From a virus (Duplodnaviria > Caudoviricetes), in the IMG/VR virus record IMGVR_UViG_3300005805_000074, positions 11,655 to 75,654 of that record: a stretch of 64,000 bases of DNA; one strand, 5' to 3'. How positions within the stretch are numbered: the stretch's first letter is position 1; each line of letters opens with the position of its first letter. Made by a program: the position numbers and the translations under genes. This document shows positions 37,640 to 48,000 of the stretch, one piece after another. The notes under the pieces were generated by a model that had not been told where the DNA came from, made no database searches, and saw nothing but the letters and a program-made list of their open reading frames with translations.

Positions 37640-39062
37640 TTAGAACCTCAAACAAATTTTTAATAAAAAACTCTTTCATTAACTTCCCATCTGCGTATGT
37701 TAAGAATAATTTTTGATTATATACTAGTACATCTTCAAAAATAGAGTGATACCAGTTATGAATTTCTTCTAATGAAAATTTAGACAATCTTTCTATTTCA
37801 TTTATTATCATTTTGAATCGTTCTGCACCATTTTCTTCATCATCATAACTTTCATCAATAAACGGAGAAAATGTCTTAAATCCAAACCGTTTGATTTCTT
37901 TAAGTCCATGCGCTGGTCCCATAAAAATAAACGGTTGTAGATGACCTATTGGTTTCCATGTCTTTTCAGAAAAATAACCACCGTTCTCAAAAAAGTTAGT
38001 TTCTGATGTTATGTGTATGTAGGATTGTAAATATATTCTTTTGTTTTCGAAATTAAATCCCCACACATTTTCTAAATTGTCATAATCTAATGTACTGACG
38101 GGTTTATTTTGTTTTAAATTTTGGTACTCAGCTTCTATCGTAACGAATGGGAATTTATCTCCAATATGATGTACGGAATACATTGATTGGTCTAAATCAA
38201 ACATTTTCATAGAATCTAAGTCATATGATACAAAAAAGTTATCAATAATGTTTAAATGATTAAACATCAGAACAGAATATAAACGATGTGGTCGCATCCG
38301 TCTATTTAACATTAAAAACTTTTTCTGTCTTACGATTTTATCAGTAACTTCTTCCTTAGAAACTACACTACAGACATTAGAAATATTATTAAATGTAGTG
38401 ACTTGATTGTTTAATATTTTTCTAAACTCTTCGGCTTTGTCTTTCAACGACCAAATATGATACAATAATTTAATCTTACCTACATTTTTATTTTCATTAT
38501 ATGGCCGTTTTGTAAATGCATCATACCATATATCAAAAGTTTTTTTGATATTATAATCAGATATACAGAATATAATTTTTTCAAATGGTATATTAAATTC
38601 TTCTGCGTCTTTATATATAACTTCAAAAAACTCTGTGTTTAGTGTTCCTTCGTTTGAATAATTTATAAAAAGATAAAAGTTTTCAATTGTCCTAATTAAA
38701 TGTTTTGTTCGTTCTGGTATAAAAAAGAAGAACGACCTATGCATATGTAGACTATTATGCAATCCAAATGTACAACTTGCTCCACCAAACGGAGACATTA
38801 AATACAAATATATAGCCTCTTTTTGGTAGTTGTTTGAAGAAACATCGTAAGTAGATATTCTACCATTAAGAGCATATTCTACTGTACCTTGCCCGTGCCA
38901 AACTGCTACACCATCATAATACTTGTTTTGTAACTTTGATATAATACCGTTTTCTCTATTAAAATCTTCTTCTATATGAGACTGGAAGTAATCAAAATTT
39001 AAACAATTTTCTAATGGTCCCGCGGGAGATATGTAATCGTCAACTAAAAATACATTTTTCAT
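37626..39062 (-). CDS. Glycosyltransferase-like protein (GT10-like motif family)
   Basis: KKFLMLNRRMRPHR, SYIHITSETNF...FSEKTWKPI...QPFIFMG...GFKTFSPFIDESYD. Confidence 0.55.
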   Translation of the reverse strand: MKNVFLVDDYISPAGPLENCLNFDYFQSHIEEDFNRENGIISKLQNKYYDGVAVWHGQGTVEYALNGRISTYDVSSNNYQKEAIYLYLMSPFGGASCTFGLHNSLHMHRSFFFFIPERTKHLIRTIENFYLFINYSNEGTLNTEFFEVIYKDAEEFNIPFEKIIFCISDYNIKKTFDIWYDAFTKRPYNENKNVGKIKLLYHIWSLKDKAEEFRKILNNQVTTFNNISNVCSVVSKEEVTDKIVRQKKFLMLNRRMRPHRLYSVLMFNHLNIIDNFFVSYDLDSMKMFDLDQSMYSVHHIGDKFPFVTIEAEYQNLKQNKPVSTLDYDNLENVWGFNFENKRIYLQSYIHITSETNFFENGGYFSEKTWKPIGHLQPFIFMGPAHGLKEIKRFGFKTFSPFIDESYDDEENGAERFKMIINEIERLSKFSLEEIHNWYHSIFEDVLVYNQKLFLTYADGKLMKEFFIKNLFEVLNVNT

Positions 39063-40432
39063 ACATTTATTGTTTGTAAAAATTTATTTTTAATACTACC
39101 ATTTCTGAAAAAGTCGGTTAGTAAATTTCTGTTGTGTAATAATTTACCTTGTACTGAGTTATACAAACGATGTAACTCTTCAATAGACAGATTACATACT
39201 CGTTCTACATTATTTAGAATCATAGATAATCGTTCTACTTCATTTTCAATTGTATCATAACTTTCATCAAAAAACTCTGGGAATGTTTCAAAACCTAATT
39301 TACGTAGTTCTGATAAAGTGTTTGGATTACCGTAAACTATAAATGGGTGAAAATATATCATAGGTCTTATAGTTTTTTCAGTAATAAATATTGCCCCACC
39401 ACTTACACCCGTTTCATTTACAACAGAAAAATATGTATCATTCCACATATCTTTTTCTGTAAAATAGTTGTGCATATTAGCCACTTCTGTTGCATCTTCG
39501 TAGTCTATAACGAATGGATATTTCTCTTTAATTTTTAGTTTATACTCAATATTTTCTGGTACTTCACAAAAATCATCAAACTCAGTTGACCTAAGTAAAG
39601 AGATTAGTCCTTTATCAAACAAACCTCGTTCTATTAAGTTCAATATCATTCTTGGTCTATGTAATCTGTTACTATTTCTGTTTAGACAAAGAAAATGTTT
39701 GTTTCTAGTGTGTGATATTGGTTTTACATCTAACGAATATTTAATATTGCGTTCAATCACATTATTTACTTCGTAATTGTTAGTCATACTTTCATACTTA
39801 AGAATATTTTTTCCAGGTTCTCCTTCAACAAAAAAATTAATTGATTCACATAACATAAACGAAGTTAAATTATATTTTCTTAAGTAGTTGTCATAGATTT
39901 GTTTAATATTAGATGTATTTGTTACAAATACTACTTTTTTATTACTAATTTTATGTTTCTCAACAAAATTGTAGATATTTCTAAAAAAGTCATCAGAATA
40001 CTCTAAACAACCTTCTTTATCGTCTATAAACAATACTTTTACACTATCATAATTCTTTAGTAGTTTAAATGATTTTTTACTTAGAATATTATCTAAATCC
40101 ACCCTTGAAATATAATCTACTATAGTTTGGTCAAATGTACTGGCGATAGCAAATATATTAATGTCATTTTCTAGTTGTTCATTAGACAAATTATGTACCA
40201 ACACCCTGTCTGTGTTACTTACATATTCGGATATTAAATGAAATATATCTAGTGTCGTTTTAGATATACGAAAACTAGAATTATCTATCATTCGTAGTGT
40301 AACATCGTCCATATCCACCAAACCATCATTTATTTCACTAAACAATATTGGTATATCTTTTAATTGATACCCTAATGGGAGATATCCGTTCGGAGTTAAA
40401 AATTCATATAAAAAATTTACTTTAGTCTTCAT
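39059..40432 (-). CDS. Glycosyltransferase-like protein (GT10-like motif family)
   Basis: KHFLCLNRNSNRLHR, YFSVVNET...FITEKTIRPM...HPFIVYG...LGFETF..FFDESYD. Confidence 0.55.
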   Translation of the reverse strand: MKTKVNFLYEFLTPNGYLPLGYQLKDIPILFSEINDGLVDMDDVTLRMIDNSSFRISKTTLDIFHLISEYVSNTDRVLVHNLSNEQLENDINIFAIASTFDQTIVDYISRVDLDNILSKKSFKLLKNYDSVKVLFIDDKEGCLEYSDDFFRNIYNFVEKHKISNKKVVFVTNTSNIKQIYDNYLRKYNLTSFMLCESINFFVEGEPGKNILKYESMTNNYEVNNVIERNIKYSLDVKPISHTRNKHFLCLNRNSNRLHRPRMILNLIERGLFDKGLISLLRSTEFDDFCEVPENIEYKLKIKEKYPFVIDYEDATEVANMHNYFTEKDMWNDTYFSVVNETGVSGGAIFITEKTIRPMIYFHPFIVYGNPNTLSELRKLGFETFPEFFDESYDTIENEVERLSMILNNVERVCNLSIEELHRLYNSVQGKLLHNRNLLTDFFRNGSIKNKFLQTINV

Positions 40433-41870
40433 TGTGATATGGATACTTACAATATTTATAAAATTCTTCTAATTCAGGAAATGTATCTAAGAAATTAGTT
40501 CCTCGACGAGCATCATATGTATCTACAAATGATGCAAAGTTTTTTCTTTGGTCTATAAATGACGGTTTTTTTGTTTTTATTTCATTAAGAACTAAATAGT
40601 ATAGTCGTTCCATTCTATGAATTTCGTAATCATAAAATCCCTTTGCAGCCAAATGGTACCAATTAGAATACTGTTGATTTCTCATCATGAAACTTACAGA
40701 ATCGGCTATTTGTTGGTGGAAGTTTTCTGTTAGTAACCACGCCGCTAAAAAGTCTGGATGCCTTAGATAAGGAATATCAACACTTAACGGTAACTGTCTG
40801 TGTGTTGCGTCAGAATATTTTAACTTCAAATCTAACATATCCTTTAAGAAGTCAGTAAACGATGTCACAGACAACAAGTTATATGTACACATTAATGTAG
40901 CCTTACTATTTGGTACTTCCTTTAAGAATCTATCTAGATTACTTAACCAATAATCGTACTTCAATCCAAACCGAATATATTCTGCTCGTTTACCGTGTGC
41001 TTCATTACTGGTAAACAATTTAAATTCTTTTACTGCTTTCTTATCTTGAATTATAGAGATTTTTTCAAAGAATTTATCAATAATTTCTTTAGGAGCACCC
41101 AAGTTACTATTGATGTTAAATTCCATTTGTGGTTGTGGATTATCAATTAAATAATCTAATACTTTAAAAGTATTCTTACTTAATAATGGTTCACCACCAG
41201 TAATTCTAAAAGTATGTAAATCTCTAACTGCATCAGGCCACCATTTCCAAAATGCATCAACATATGGATTATCTTCTGATTGTAAAATAGGTAGTCCCTG
41301 TCCTCGTTTTAGGTTATCTACACTATTGAATATCATACCAGTTGGTAACTTATATGGACCGTGTTGTTTAATTTCTTGCATCCATGTAGTTGAGTACAAC
41401 GGAGAACAATACGCACATTTAAAATTACACGTAGTGTCAAAGTCAACTTCCATGTATGATGGATTTATGTTTGTATCCCATGGTAATACTTTAATTGTTT
41501 GTAAATGTGGTCTAGACCAATCTTCAGAACTTTTTATTATTCTATCGCTATAAACTTCTCCCTCGTTATCCTTTTTTGGAGTATCTTCTACTCTCCAACA
41601 ATAATCGCATTCGTCTGGACGTATACCTTCTAACATTGATTTTCTTTGTTCTTTTTTAAATTGAGTGTTGTGTAGGGCAGTTGGGTTATGTTCCAGTTCT
41701 TCTAATGGAATTGGGTGCACTTTAGGATGGTGACAACTATGTGTTGTACCATTACCTAAATGAATAGTAACCTGCTGCCATTTGGCCGCACACATTGTCG
41801 GACTAATAACATCTAATTCTCGTTTAGTACTTTTAAATGAATCTGTTGCGGATTTTATTATATTACTCAT
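40422..41870 (-). CDS. Radical SAM protein with an N-terminal SPASM/twitch-like Cys cluster
   Basis: TTCNFKCAYC (CxxxCxxC), ITGGEPLL, INSN; N-terminal CAAKW...SCHH...CDYCW. Confidence 0.9.
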   Translation of the reverse strand: MSNIIKSATDSFKSTKRELDVISPTMCAAKWQQVTIHLGNGTTHSCHHPKVHPIPLEELEHNPTALHNTQFKKEQRKSMLEGIRPDECDYCWRVEDTPKKDNEGEVYSDRIIKSSEDWSRPHLQTIKVLPWDTNINPSYMEVDFDTTCNFKCAYCSPLYSTTWMQEIKQHGPYKLPTGMIFNSVDNLKRGQGLPILQSEDNPYVDAFWKWWPDAVRDLHTFRITGGEPLLSKNTFKVLDYLIDNPQPQMEFNINSNLGAPKEIIDKFFEKISIIQDKKAVKEFKLFTSNEAHGKRAEYIRFGLKYDYWLSNLDRFLKEVPNSKATLMCTYNLLSVTSFTDFLKDMLDLKLKYSDATHRQLPLSVDIPYLRHPDFLAAWLLTENFHQQIADSVSFMMRNQQYSNWYHLAAKGFYDYEIHRMERLYYLVLNEIKTKKPSFIDQRKNFASFVDTYDARRGTNFLDTFPELEEFYKYCKYPYHNED

Positions 41871-41871
41871 G

Positions 41872-42504
41872 TTATTTATATCCTATTGTCATAAATCTGT
41901 AGAATGGTTTATTTGGTCCCATACATTTCAATTTATTCGTAAACACGATATTTTTCAATGTACTATTATTATTGAATTCTTCTAAGGTTTCAAAACATCT
42001 CACATGCTCTTGACATTCATAAAAATTGTTTCCCTGTATAACTACAGGAGTTCCTACTGGTATGTTTTTTAACCACATATCATATACATCTTGTGTAACG
42101 TGTTCAGTACTAGTATTAATTACTAGATTTGGTTCAATATAGTTATTAAATCTTGCCATATCTTCGGTAATAAAGTTTATTCTAGAATCATTATTAGATA
42201 ACATATTACCATATATAATACAACTGTCATCGATGTCAATATTGTATACTGATGTGGGAAAATTATCTACTATAAGTTGTGACAATATTCCATACCACCC
42301 ACCAATAACATAAACATTACCTGATAATGTTGGTATATGTTTTTTTATATTATTTATCAGCCACGATTTACTACGAAGTTGACTATCCCAAAAACTCTCT
42401 AAGATTCTATATTGTATTTCTTTATTACAATTTCTTATTATATTCATCCACTGAACGACACGGGATGATTTTATAGGTAATACATCATCCATATGTTTCT
42501 TCAA
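41872..42504 (-). CDS. Class I SAM-dependent methyltransferase-like protein
   Basis: VYVIGGWYG motif I, NIDID, VINTSTEH. Confidence 0.65.
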   Translation of the reverse strand: MKKHMDDVLPIKSSRVVQWMNIIRNCNKEIQYRILESFWDSQLRSKSWLINNIKKHIPTLSGNVYVIGGWYGILSQLIVDNFPTSVYNIDIDDSCIIYGNMLSNNDSRINFITEDMARFNNYIEPNLVINTSTEHVTQDVYDMWLKNIPVGTPVVIQGNNFYECQEHVRCFETLEEFNNNSTLKNIVFTNKLKCMGPNKPFYRFMTIGYK

Positions 42505-43594
42505 AATGTTGTTCTAACCAAGTCCAACTGACCGTATTCCGAAGTGCTTCTGGGTTCTTTTCGTGTTGTTGTGCGTATTCATGTCCATCCTTTGCACCCT
42601 TCAATACCCACTCAGCATTTTCTCCTTCCGCAAACGCCAACCATCGTTGTAACCAGAGATGAGCATCGGTTGAGTGTTGTAAGGTTAACTTGACCGTTTC
42701 ACGGAATGCGGTTCTCCATGCCTCATATGGACTTGTAGCAAAATGAGCTTCACTCACTGTACGTGGAATAGAAACCGTCTTACTGTATTGAGTAAAGTCC
42801 AGTCCGAAATTTGTTGGTGTATTCAATACAAGATTGGTGTTATAACAGACGATTCCCATATGCCCATATTCTAAACGATTACTCATATTCTTGGCTTGGA
42901 ATACTACATGAGCATCGGGAATAGTTTCTACCGGATAATTAAATACGGTTACATCCGTTACATAATTTTTACCAGTGACCACAAAGAATTGATTCTTATC
43001 TCCGGCCAAATCTACGCAACGATGAAATACTTTTCTCCGTCCATCAATATTATCAATTCGTATTGCTTTAGGATAAATAGAACTCAAGTGCTTCCAATTT
43101 TTATCTGCATTTGTTTCGCCGTTACTAACAAAAAACACAGGAACTTCTGTCTGTTTTGGTTTACGGATAACGGAAACCGTTCGTACCGCCGAAGCAGGAT
43201 TGACTTCCACAATCATCTTTTCTGACCACTCCCACGGGTCATCACTTTCCTTCTTCATCTTTTCAATGATTTTCTTCTCTCCTGCCCATCCCGCGATAAA
43301 CACTTGTTCGGCATCCTTACGAACAACAAACACCACAGGACCAGAGATGTGTTCCCATGTTACTCCATTGGTACACCGATAGAGTTTCTTTTCTGCTAAC
43401 GGCGTATCAACAATCTGCACATAATCAAATACACTTAGTTCCTTTTCACCTGCCTGTGCCCACCCATCTGCGTCCTTGACCGTTTCCATATAGTCAGTAA
43501 ACCATCCAAGACTCCGTACCCACGGTTTGGTTTCTACAACCCAATACTTTTTAAATAAGTCACTATGGGCTAACCACGATTCATTATTAACCAT
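42485..43594 (-). CDS. Two-domain protein with a C-terminal GT-A-like domain
   Basis: VFFVSNGE.NAD.NW, FFVVTGKN, N.LEYGHMG, SPYEAWRTAFRE.VKL. Confidence 0.5.
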   Translation of the reverse strand: MVNNESWLAHSDLFKKYWVVETKPWVRSLGWFTDYMETVKDADGWAQAGEKELSVFDYVQIVDTPLAEKKLYRCTNGVTWEHISGPVVFVVRKDAEQVFIAGWAGEKKIIEKMKKESDDPWEWSEKMIVEVNPASAVRTVSVIRKPKQTEVPVFFVSNGETNADKNWKHLSSIYPKAIRIDNIDGRRKVFHRCVDLAGDKNQFFVVTGKNYVTDVTVFNYPVETIPDAHVVFQAKNMSNRLEYGHMGIVCYNTNLVLNTPTNFGLDFTQYSKTVSIPRTVSEAHFATSPYEAWRTAFRETVKLTLQHSTDAHLWLQRWLAFAEGENAEWVLKGAKDGHEYAQQHEKNPEALRNTVSWTWLEQHFEETYG

Positions 43595-44282
43595 TTTTCT
43601 TTACCTTTTTTGTATGTCTCTTAATTCTCTGTTCTTCATTTACACCTAAATTTGGACCAAATGCCCACTGTCCTACATGACGAACTTGGAAACTAAGGTT
43701 CATATCAACTAAAATCTTATATCCTGCATTTCTTAATTTACTTTGGAAAAAGAAATCTTCTCCGTGCCATTCCTTATCTTTATATTCAAATGCAAAGTAT
43801 GGAGGTACTATTTTATTTAGTACTTCGGTTTTCATCATCATACATCCCATTCCAATTCCTTCGACTTCTTGAAGTTCTTGGTCACCTTCTAACGGTAACC
43901 AATTTTCCCAATTACCTCGTTCTGGATACGCGACCGTTTGTAATGGTACCGACCGTTTCATGTAATTTGCACAGACTATATCTACATTATGTCCCATTAA
44001 TCGCATAGCTGTAGTGTTGGGGAACATCATATCAGAATCTAACCACAATGCATAGTCTGCCTTTATTTCTAATGCTTGTTGTGCGAGGCGTTCACGTTGT
44101 GTCAATAATATTGTACTTTGGTCATATATAACATGAACATCAATACCTGCCATGGTGGTAGTTTTCACCATTTCTACTAAACACGCAGTAAACAAACTAT
44201 ATGTGTACTCTCTACATGGTACTAAAATTGCTAATTTAGTAGGTTTGGTTTGCCAAATACTTAAATCGTAGATGTTCTTCAT
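43587..44282 (-). CDS. Glycosyltransferase family 2-like (GT-A)
   Basis: AILVP, RERLA..A, LWLDSDMMFP, GMGCMMMK, GEDFFF. Confidence 0.8.
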   Translation of the reverse strand: MKNIYDLSIWQTKPTKLAILVPCREYTYSLFTACLVEMVKTTTMAGIDVHVIYDQSTILLTQRERLAQQALEIKADYALWLDSDMMFPNTTAMRLMGHNVDIVCANYMKRSVPLQTVAYPERGNWENWLPLEGDQELQEVEGIGMGCMMMKTEVLNKIVPPYFAFEYKDKEWHGEDFFFQSKLRNAGYKILVDMNLSFQVRHVGQWAFGPNLGVNEEQRIKRHTKKVKKNG

Positions 44283-44737
44283 AACCCCGCCACCCCAGAA
44301 GCTAATGTAGCAGCTTGACTTGTAATTTCTCGAATCATTGTAGTGATTTCTTGTATTCTTTTTACAATTAGTTGATAATCCGCTAAAGGAAACTGAGTAA
44401 TTGTATTTAATGTTTCGATACTGTATTTATCGAATATAAGAATTTCCATCGCACCCTGACGTGCCCACTTTTCAATCATTGCAAATCTTGCTGTTTGTGG
44501 GTCGTTATTTAATAAATTTAACAGATGTTGTGGGTCGTGTTGAGCTAATACAGTTTCGAGAAATGTAATACGTTCAGGCCATTCACCCTTTTCTTTCAGA
44601 TATTGTAATTCGTATAACAATTCACAAAGAACTTTTTTGTCATAACCAATAGAAACCCATCGGACATACCTTTCTTCGTAGTCCGATGGGTTAGTGTTTA
44701 CTGCCGCTAATAATGTTTCGAATGTTATTTCACTCAT
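44279..44737 (-). CDS. Hypothetical protein
   Basis: Clean ORF with GGGG SD, first gene after a sigma70-like promoter. Confidence 0.7.
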   Translation of the reverse strand: MSEITFETLLAAVNTNPSDYEERYVRWVSIGYDKKVLCELLYELQYLKEKGEWPERITFLETVLAQHDPQHLLNLLNNDPQTARFAMIEKWARQGAMEILIFDKYSIETLNTITQFPLADYQLIVKRIQEITTMIREITSQAATLASGVAGL

Positions 44738-44770
44738 AAAATATAACCCCTTATTTGATAACCATTTTTA

Positions 44771-44799
44771 AATATATATTACATTATAAGACTTGTCAA
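44771..44799 (-). promoter_or_regulatory. Putative sigma70-type promoter (TTGACA-N17-TATATT) at the head of the accessory island
   Basis: TTGACA at 44794-44799, 17-nt spacer, TATATT at 44771-44776. Confidence 0.65.
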
Positions 44800-44808
44800 G
44801 TCCCTATA

Positions 44809-44988
44809 TTATGCATAGTTATTTGGTGTAGTTTGTCCACCAAAATCAATAGATAATCGAATTTGACCAGTAGTAATACCGCGTTGCGCACCTAAATTGG
44901 CACGCAACGCAACTTGACCTGACAATCCGTATGCGTTTCTCACCTTCCCCATCGCGATTTCTGAACCGGTTGCTGGAATTATACCCAT
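44809..44988 (-). CDS. Small protein (59 aa) after the S74-chaperone fibre gene; not in the ORF track
   Basis: SD AGGAG; MGIIPATGSEIAMGKVRNAYGLSGQVALRANLGAQRGITTGQIRLSIDFGGQTTPNNYA. Confidence 0.8.
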   Translation of the reverse strand: MGIIPATGSEIAMGKVRNAYGLSGQVALRANLGAQRGITTGQIRLSIDFGGQTTPNNYA

Positions 44989-45006
44989 TGTCTACTCCTA
45001 CCGGTA

Positions 45007-48000
45007 TTATGCGTTAGAGGTCTTTTTTATTTCATCCAGCTCAGTCTTAAGTTCCTTAATTGCTTCAATTAATAAAGGAACCAGTTTTTCATACTGAACT
45101 GTGAGGTATTCTACTCCCTGTGTATCTACTCCACCAAATACGAATGGTGCGATACGAACCACTTCAGGAAGAACTTTTTGTACTTGTTGTGCACTGACAC
45201 CAACTTGACGTTCTTCCTTATTAAATCCAAACGACTTAGCCAATTCATTTTCTGTGTAATAATATCCATTTAATAACATTACTTTATCCAACGCATTAGT
45301 AATGTTTCCAGAGAAATTCTTAAGGCGTTCATCTGAATAGTATGCGGTGATTTCACTTGCGGCGCGAATTTCACCTGTGGCGCCAGATGGATTTGTTCCC
45401 ACACCCAACGAAGCGTGTGATTTTATGTCACCCAATACATCCAATCTGTAATCGGGAACCGCGGTTCCAATTCCAACTCTACCTGTACTATGTGCTATAG
45501 CGAATTGTACACCGAGACTAGTTGTAGTAGAGCCACTCATAATACGGAAAATATTTGCGTAGTTATCTATGTGAGTAGCTGTAGTATACGACCCGCCAGG
45601 TGGTTGTAATACAATTTGACCACCTTCGTTGCTTGTATCCACTGGACCAAGACTTAAATTTGCTTCCGTTGGTGCCGCCGTAGCTCCAATTTGTAATCTC
45701 GTTCCATCAAAGTTAAAATTAGTAGTACTGGTAAGTGTAGTTGCTCCCGAGAAGTAAGCTACTTTATTTGCTGCACCACCACTGATGGTTCCTGCGCCAG
45801 AAGTACCAGAGGTTCCATTTCCTCCGTTTGCTCCAGAAGTACCAGAGGTTCCATTTCCTCCGTTTGCTCCACTCGTACCAGAACTACCATTTCCTCCGTT
45901 TGCTCCACTCGTACCAGAACTACCTGAACTACCATTAGCTCCGTTTGCACCAGAAGTTCCTGAACTACCATTTGCTCCGTTTGCTCCAGAAGTACCAGAT
46001 GAACCGTTTGCTCCATTTGCACCTGAAGTTCCTGAACTACCACTTGTACCAGATGAACCTGAAGTTCCTGAACTACCATTTGCTCCATTTGCACCTGAAG
46101 TTCCTGAACTACCATTTGCTCCCGAGGTACCTGAACTACCACTTGTACCAGATGAACCTGAAGTACCATTTGCACCAGAAGTTCCAGAACTACCAGATGA
46201 ACCTGATGTTCCTGTACTACCAGATGAACCACTCGTACCAGATGAACCTGAAGTACCCGAACTACCACTAGTACCAGAACTACCCGCCGTTCCAGAAGTT
46301 CCTGCTGTACCAGCAGTACCTGCTGGGGTTAATGCGAATGATGCGGTTCCGAAGAACCCGACTCCGTTTACAATAGAACTGGTGAATGATGATGCAGAAA
46401 CAGTTCCTGCAACAGTAATTTGTGACCCATTATCTGTAATAATAGATTCGGTTATGTGTTCAAGTCCTGCCGACTTTAATACTTTATTTTGTGTTAAAAG
46501 AGTTTCATTTCCAATACTATTAAATGTTGCTGGTCCCACCAGTAATACCGATGAGGTGACTCCACCTGCCGTATTTTGGTGAACGAATACCCATTGGTCA
46601 TTTGTTGAATCAAATAATAGTGACCCACTTCGTTGTGGTGATGAACCGGAGTCAATAACTGCCAATCCACCAAATCTGACACTTGGATTATCGACATTCG
46701 TGGTAATAATATTAGTTCCAATATTTAATGTGCTTTGTGACACATAACTAATGGATGATGACCCTAGTACTGTTAAGTTACCAGTAATCGTTTGTGATCC
46801 AGACACTACACTGGTACCTACTACGGTTAATGTTGCACCGTCAAATCGTAAATTACTTTCAACAGATGCATTTGGAGCACTACCATTTAAAGTAATTAAT
46901 CCATTATCAGTAGTACCTGTGAGTGTAAGTGTTCCTGATGTTCCTGATGAACCTGCAGAACCACTTGATCCAGAAGTTCCACTACTACCTGAGGTTCCTG
47001 TTGACCCCGATGTTCCTGATGAACCGGATGTACCTGTTGTTCCAGAACTACCTGAGGTTCCTGAACTACCACTTGAACCAGATGTTCCATTTTGTCCTGA
47101 TGTGCCAGAGCTTCCTGATGTTCCTGAACTACCACTAGTTCCTGTAGTTCCTGATGAACCGGATGTACCTGTTGTTCCAGAACTACCTGAAGTTCCTGAA
47201 CTACCTGAAGTACCACTAGTTCCTGCCGAACCAGAGGTTCCTGATGACCCAGAGGTACCTGTACTACCCGATGAACCAGAGGTTCCTGATGACCCAGAAC
47301 TACCTGAAGTACCAGATGACCCACTGGTACCACTACTACCTGAAGTTCCACTTGAACCAGAAGTACCAGATGTTCCAGAAGTTGCTGCTGTATATGAAGT
47401 TCCGTTAATTAATAATGAACCTGTTATTTCTAGTGAACCTGTTCTTTGATGTACATCATCTAGACTATCACCGAATTTAGTTGAACCACTTTCGTAGATA
47501 ATAGACGCAGTGACAAATTGTGTTTCAAGTCTACGAATTGACGCAGTACCATTTACCTGTATGTTACTTGCGGTTATTTGGCCAGTAACTACTAATGAAT
47601 TACCATCAAAAGTTAAATTACTTTCTACTCTAGCATTAGGTGCAGTACCATCTAATGTAATTAATCCATTATCAGTCGTACCCGTAAGTGTTAATGTACC
47701 CGATGTACCAGATGAACCAGATGTTCCTGAACTTCCGCTGGTACCAGATGAACCTGAGGTGCCTGATGAACCGGATGTTCCCGATGAACCAGAACTACCA
47801 GAAGTACCAGTACTTCCAGAACTACCACTTGTTCCAGAACTTCCACTGGTACCAGATGAACCTGATGAACCACTTGTTCCAGACGACCCAGATGTTCCAG
47901 ACGAACCCGCGGTCCCAGATGAACCAGAAGTTCCACTTGAACCGGCTGTACCTGATGTACCTGATGTTGCGGCCGTATATGAAGTTCCGTTAATTAATAA

